From assembly GCA_004431415.1 (NCBI GenBank), contig QPMI01000107.1, forward strand, positions 85,814 through 149,813: 64,000 nucleotides of DNA, given 5' to 3'. Below are positions 63,601 to 64,000 of this stretch, piece by piece (within the stretch, counting starts at the first letter, position 1; each line of letters opens with the position of its first letter). The notes beneath the pieces are model-generated. The model saw nothing but the letters and a program-made list of their open reading frames with translations, did no database searches and was not told the DNA's origin. A program made the translations under genes and the position numbers. This stretch comes from Cyanophora paradoxa CCMP329. Taxonomy: Eukaryota; Plantae; Glaucophyta.

Positions 63601-64000
63601 GCGGGCCGGTGCGGGCCTGCTTCGATTCGCTCTCCTTCGAGTCCGCAGGCGTCAGGTACACCGCCTTGTACCAGTAATCCGTCTGGTGCGCGCGGCCCGC
63701 GTCCACGTGGCGGTACACCCGTCGCTGTCCGCCGTCGGGACCGTCGCGACCGTCGTCCACTCACTCCCCGCCGCGCTGGACATCGCCCGGGAGATCCGCA
63801 CCCCCGTCACATTCACCACGGGGTCGAGCGTCGGCAGCGCGACCTCCAACCACACCGCCGTCGCGTTGACGGCAGTCGTCGTGAGGGTCGGCTGCGGCGA
63901 GTCGTCCGTCGTCGCCGACGCCGTGTTCGAGTCCTGCGAGGGGCCCACCCACGAGGTCGCTTCGCCCAGCACGAGTACGTCGTGCTCGGCTGCAGGGACA
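9646..64000 (-). CDS. Giant single-pass (type I) cell-surface protein with ~160 FN3-like repeats and a GPS/GAIN-like juxtamembrane motif; 5' end lies beyond the window
   Basis: Overlapping minus-strand ORFs (e.g. 14437-20721, 24032-28933, 31041-37103, 37016-47566, 56385-61058) join at single-base indels. The 3' part splices in frame via GT-AG introns at 14681-14737, 14399-14457, 14264-14319, 14134-14191, 13946-13995, 13571-13620, 12969-13033, 12229-12284, ~11644-11704 (uncertain), 11487-11520, 10970-11029, 10812-10866, 10648-10702, 10360-10417 and 10071-10133. The stop is TAG at 9646-9648. Domains are ~95-110 aa with a P-x-x-P start and a D-x-G-L-x-P-G-x-x-Y-x-Y tyrosine-corner pattern. Confidence 0.88.
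10156..10230 (-). other. Single transmembrane helix of the giant protein
   Basis: IGVIVGAVIGGVAFVAVAVVVAYAA is followed by the basic stop-transfer sequence RIRYLRK and preceded by a Pro/Ser-rich stalk. A ~150-aa cytoplasmic tail follows. Confidence 0.9.
10345..10642 (-). other. Degenerate GPS (GAIN-domain C-terminal) like motif
   Basis: VCARYDSSVKGFSSAGC...VTSCSCDSID|VVTLI, where | marks the intron at 10360-10417. It parallels the GPS consensus C.(F/Y)W....WS..GC...T.C.C.HL/T.FAVL and lies ~40 aa before the TM helix. Confidence 0.55.
14560..14610 (-). repeat. (SP)n hinge TPTPSPSPSPSPSPSPS between the FN3 rod and the Cys-rich juxtamembrane region
   Basis: Translation of ORF 14437-20721. The codons are varied, so this is a protein-level repeat rather than a DNA microsatellite. 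Confidence 0.85.
14611..19490 (-). other. ~16 diverged, non-homogenised FN3-like domains (D5*-D9*, a full diverged D1-D9 unit, and 2 more)
   Basis: Position-specific similarity to the 9-domain unit, e.g. NGTELYRDG..CC..FNDTGLA.GRAYNYTALLTVDN..ELWTA and YVWVCEFKGKGGT. Confidence 0.8.
19490..39780 (-). repeat. Coding tandem array 1: ~7.4 near-identical 2733-bp (911-aa, 9-domain) units
   Basis: The GACCAGCGTGTACGAGATGG marker occurs at ~19744, 22474, 25200, 27933, 30662, 33393, 36126 and 38858. Intact intervals are 2733 bp. Confidence 0.95.
39780..45243 (-). other. Two diverged 9-domain super-repeat units (18 FN3-like domains), visibly lower GC, in frame
   Basis: Contained in the unbroken ORF 37016-47566. 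The length is ~5460 bp, about 2 x 2730, and domain order matches D1-D9 twice. Confidence 0.85.
40478..44215 (-). repeat. Near-identical ~1025-bp direct repeat (40478-41503 and 43190-44215; offset 2712 bp)
   Basis: The identical protein stretch TVITRNGTGDQPTVS...LEGVFIDTDV occurs twice. I found three nucleotide differences, all synonymous. Confidence 0.93.
45243..64000 (-). repeat. Coding tandem array 2: ~7 further 2733-bp units, running off the window end; indel-rich at ~49.3-57.5 kb
   Basis: The marker occurs at ~47078, 49805, 52495, 55161, 57843, 60570 and 63272. Intervals are shortened by many single-base deletions. Confidence 0.93.

Noticed and set aside
19490-64000. Frameshifts suggesting pseudogenisation, programmed frameshifting or many separate genes
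   Set aside because: Almost all are single-base deletions, often in homopolymers (e.g. CCCCC to CCCC near 20695). They are scattered, very dense at 49.3-57.5 kb, absent from the unique blocks, and I saw no accompanying nonsense substitutions. A garbled hybrid of two loop variants at ~56450-56475 also points to mixed-read consensus. This is the pattern of unpolished long-read error.

Overview
GC-rich eukaryotic nuclear DNA. The evidence is tRNA-Leu(AAG) genes and many ~35-75 nt spliceosomal introns with GTGCGC...GCAG ends; a protist or alga is likely, but I cannot identify the species. The left 9 kb holds a 140-bp G-rich minisatellite, two head-to-head tRNA-Leu(AAG) genes inside a 304-bp inverted duplication, and a spliced CTC1 (CST telomere complex) gene on the + strand. 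The remaining ~54 kb (9646 to >64000, - strand) is the 3' portion of one giant type-I membrane protein gene, >=~17,800 aa within the window, with its 5' end outside. It encodes ~160 fibronectin-III-like domains arranged as a titin-like 9-domain, 911-aa (2733-bp) super-repeat in an apparently single intron-free >=49-kb exon. These are followed by an (SP)n hinge, a Cys-rich region, a degenerate GPS/GAIN-like motif, one TM helix and a short cytoplasmic tail, encoded by ~15 small exons. Frameshifts in the array look like long-read consensus errors, so the exact copy number is uncertain.
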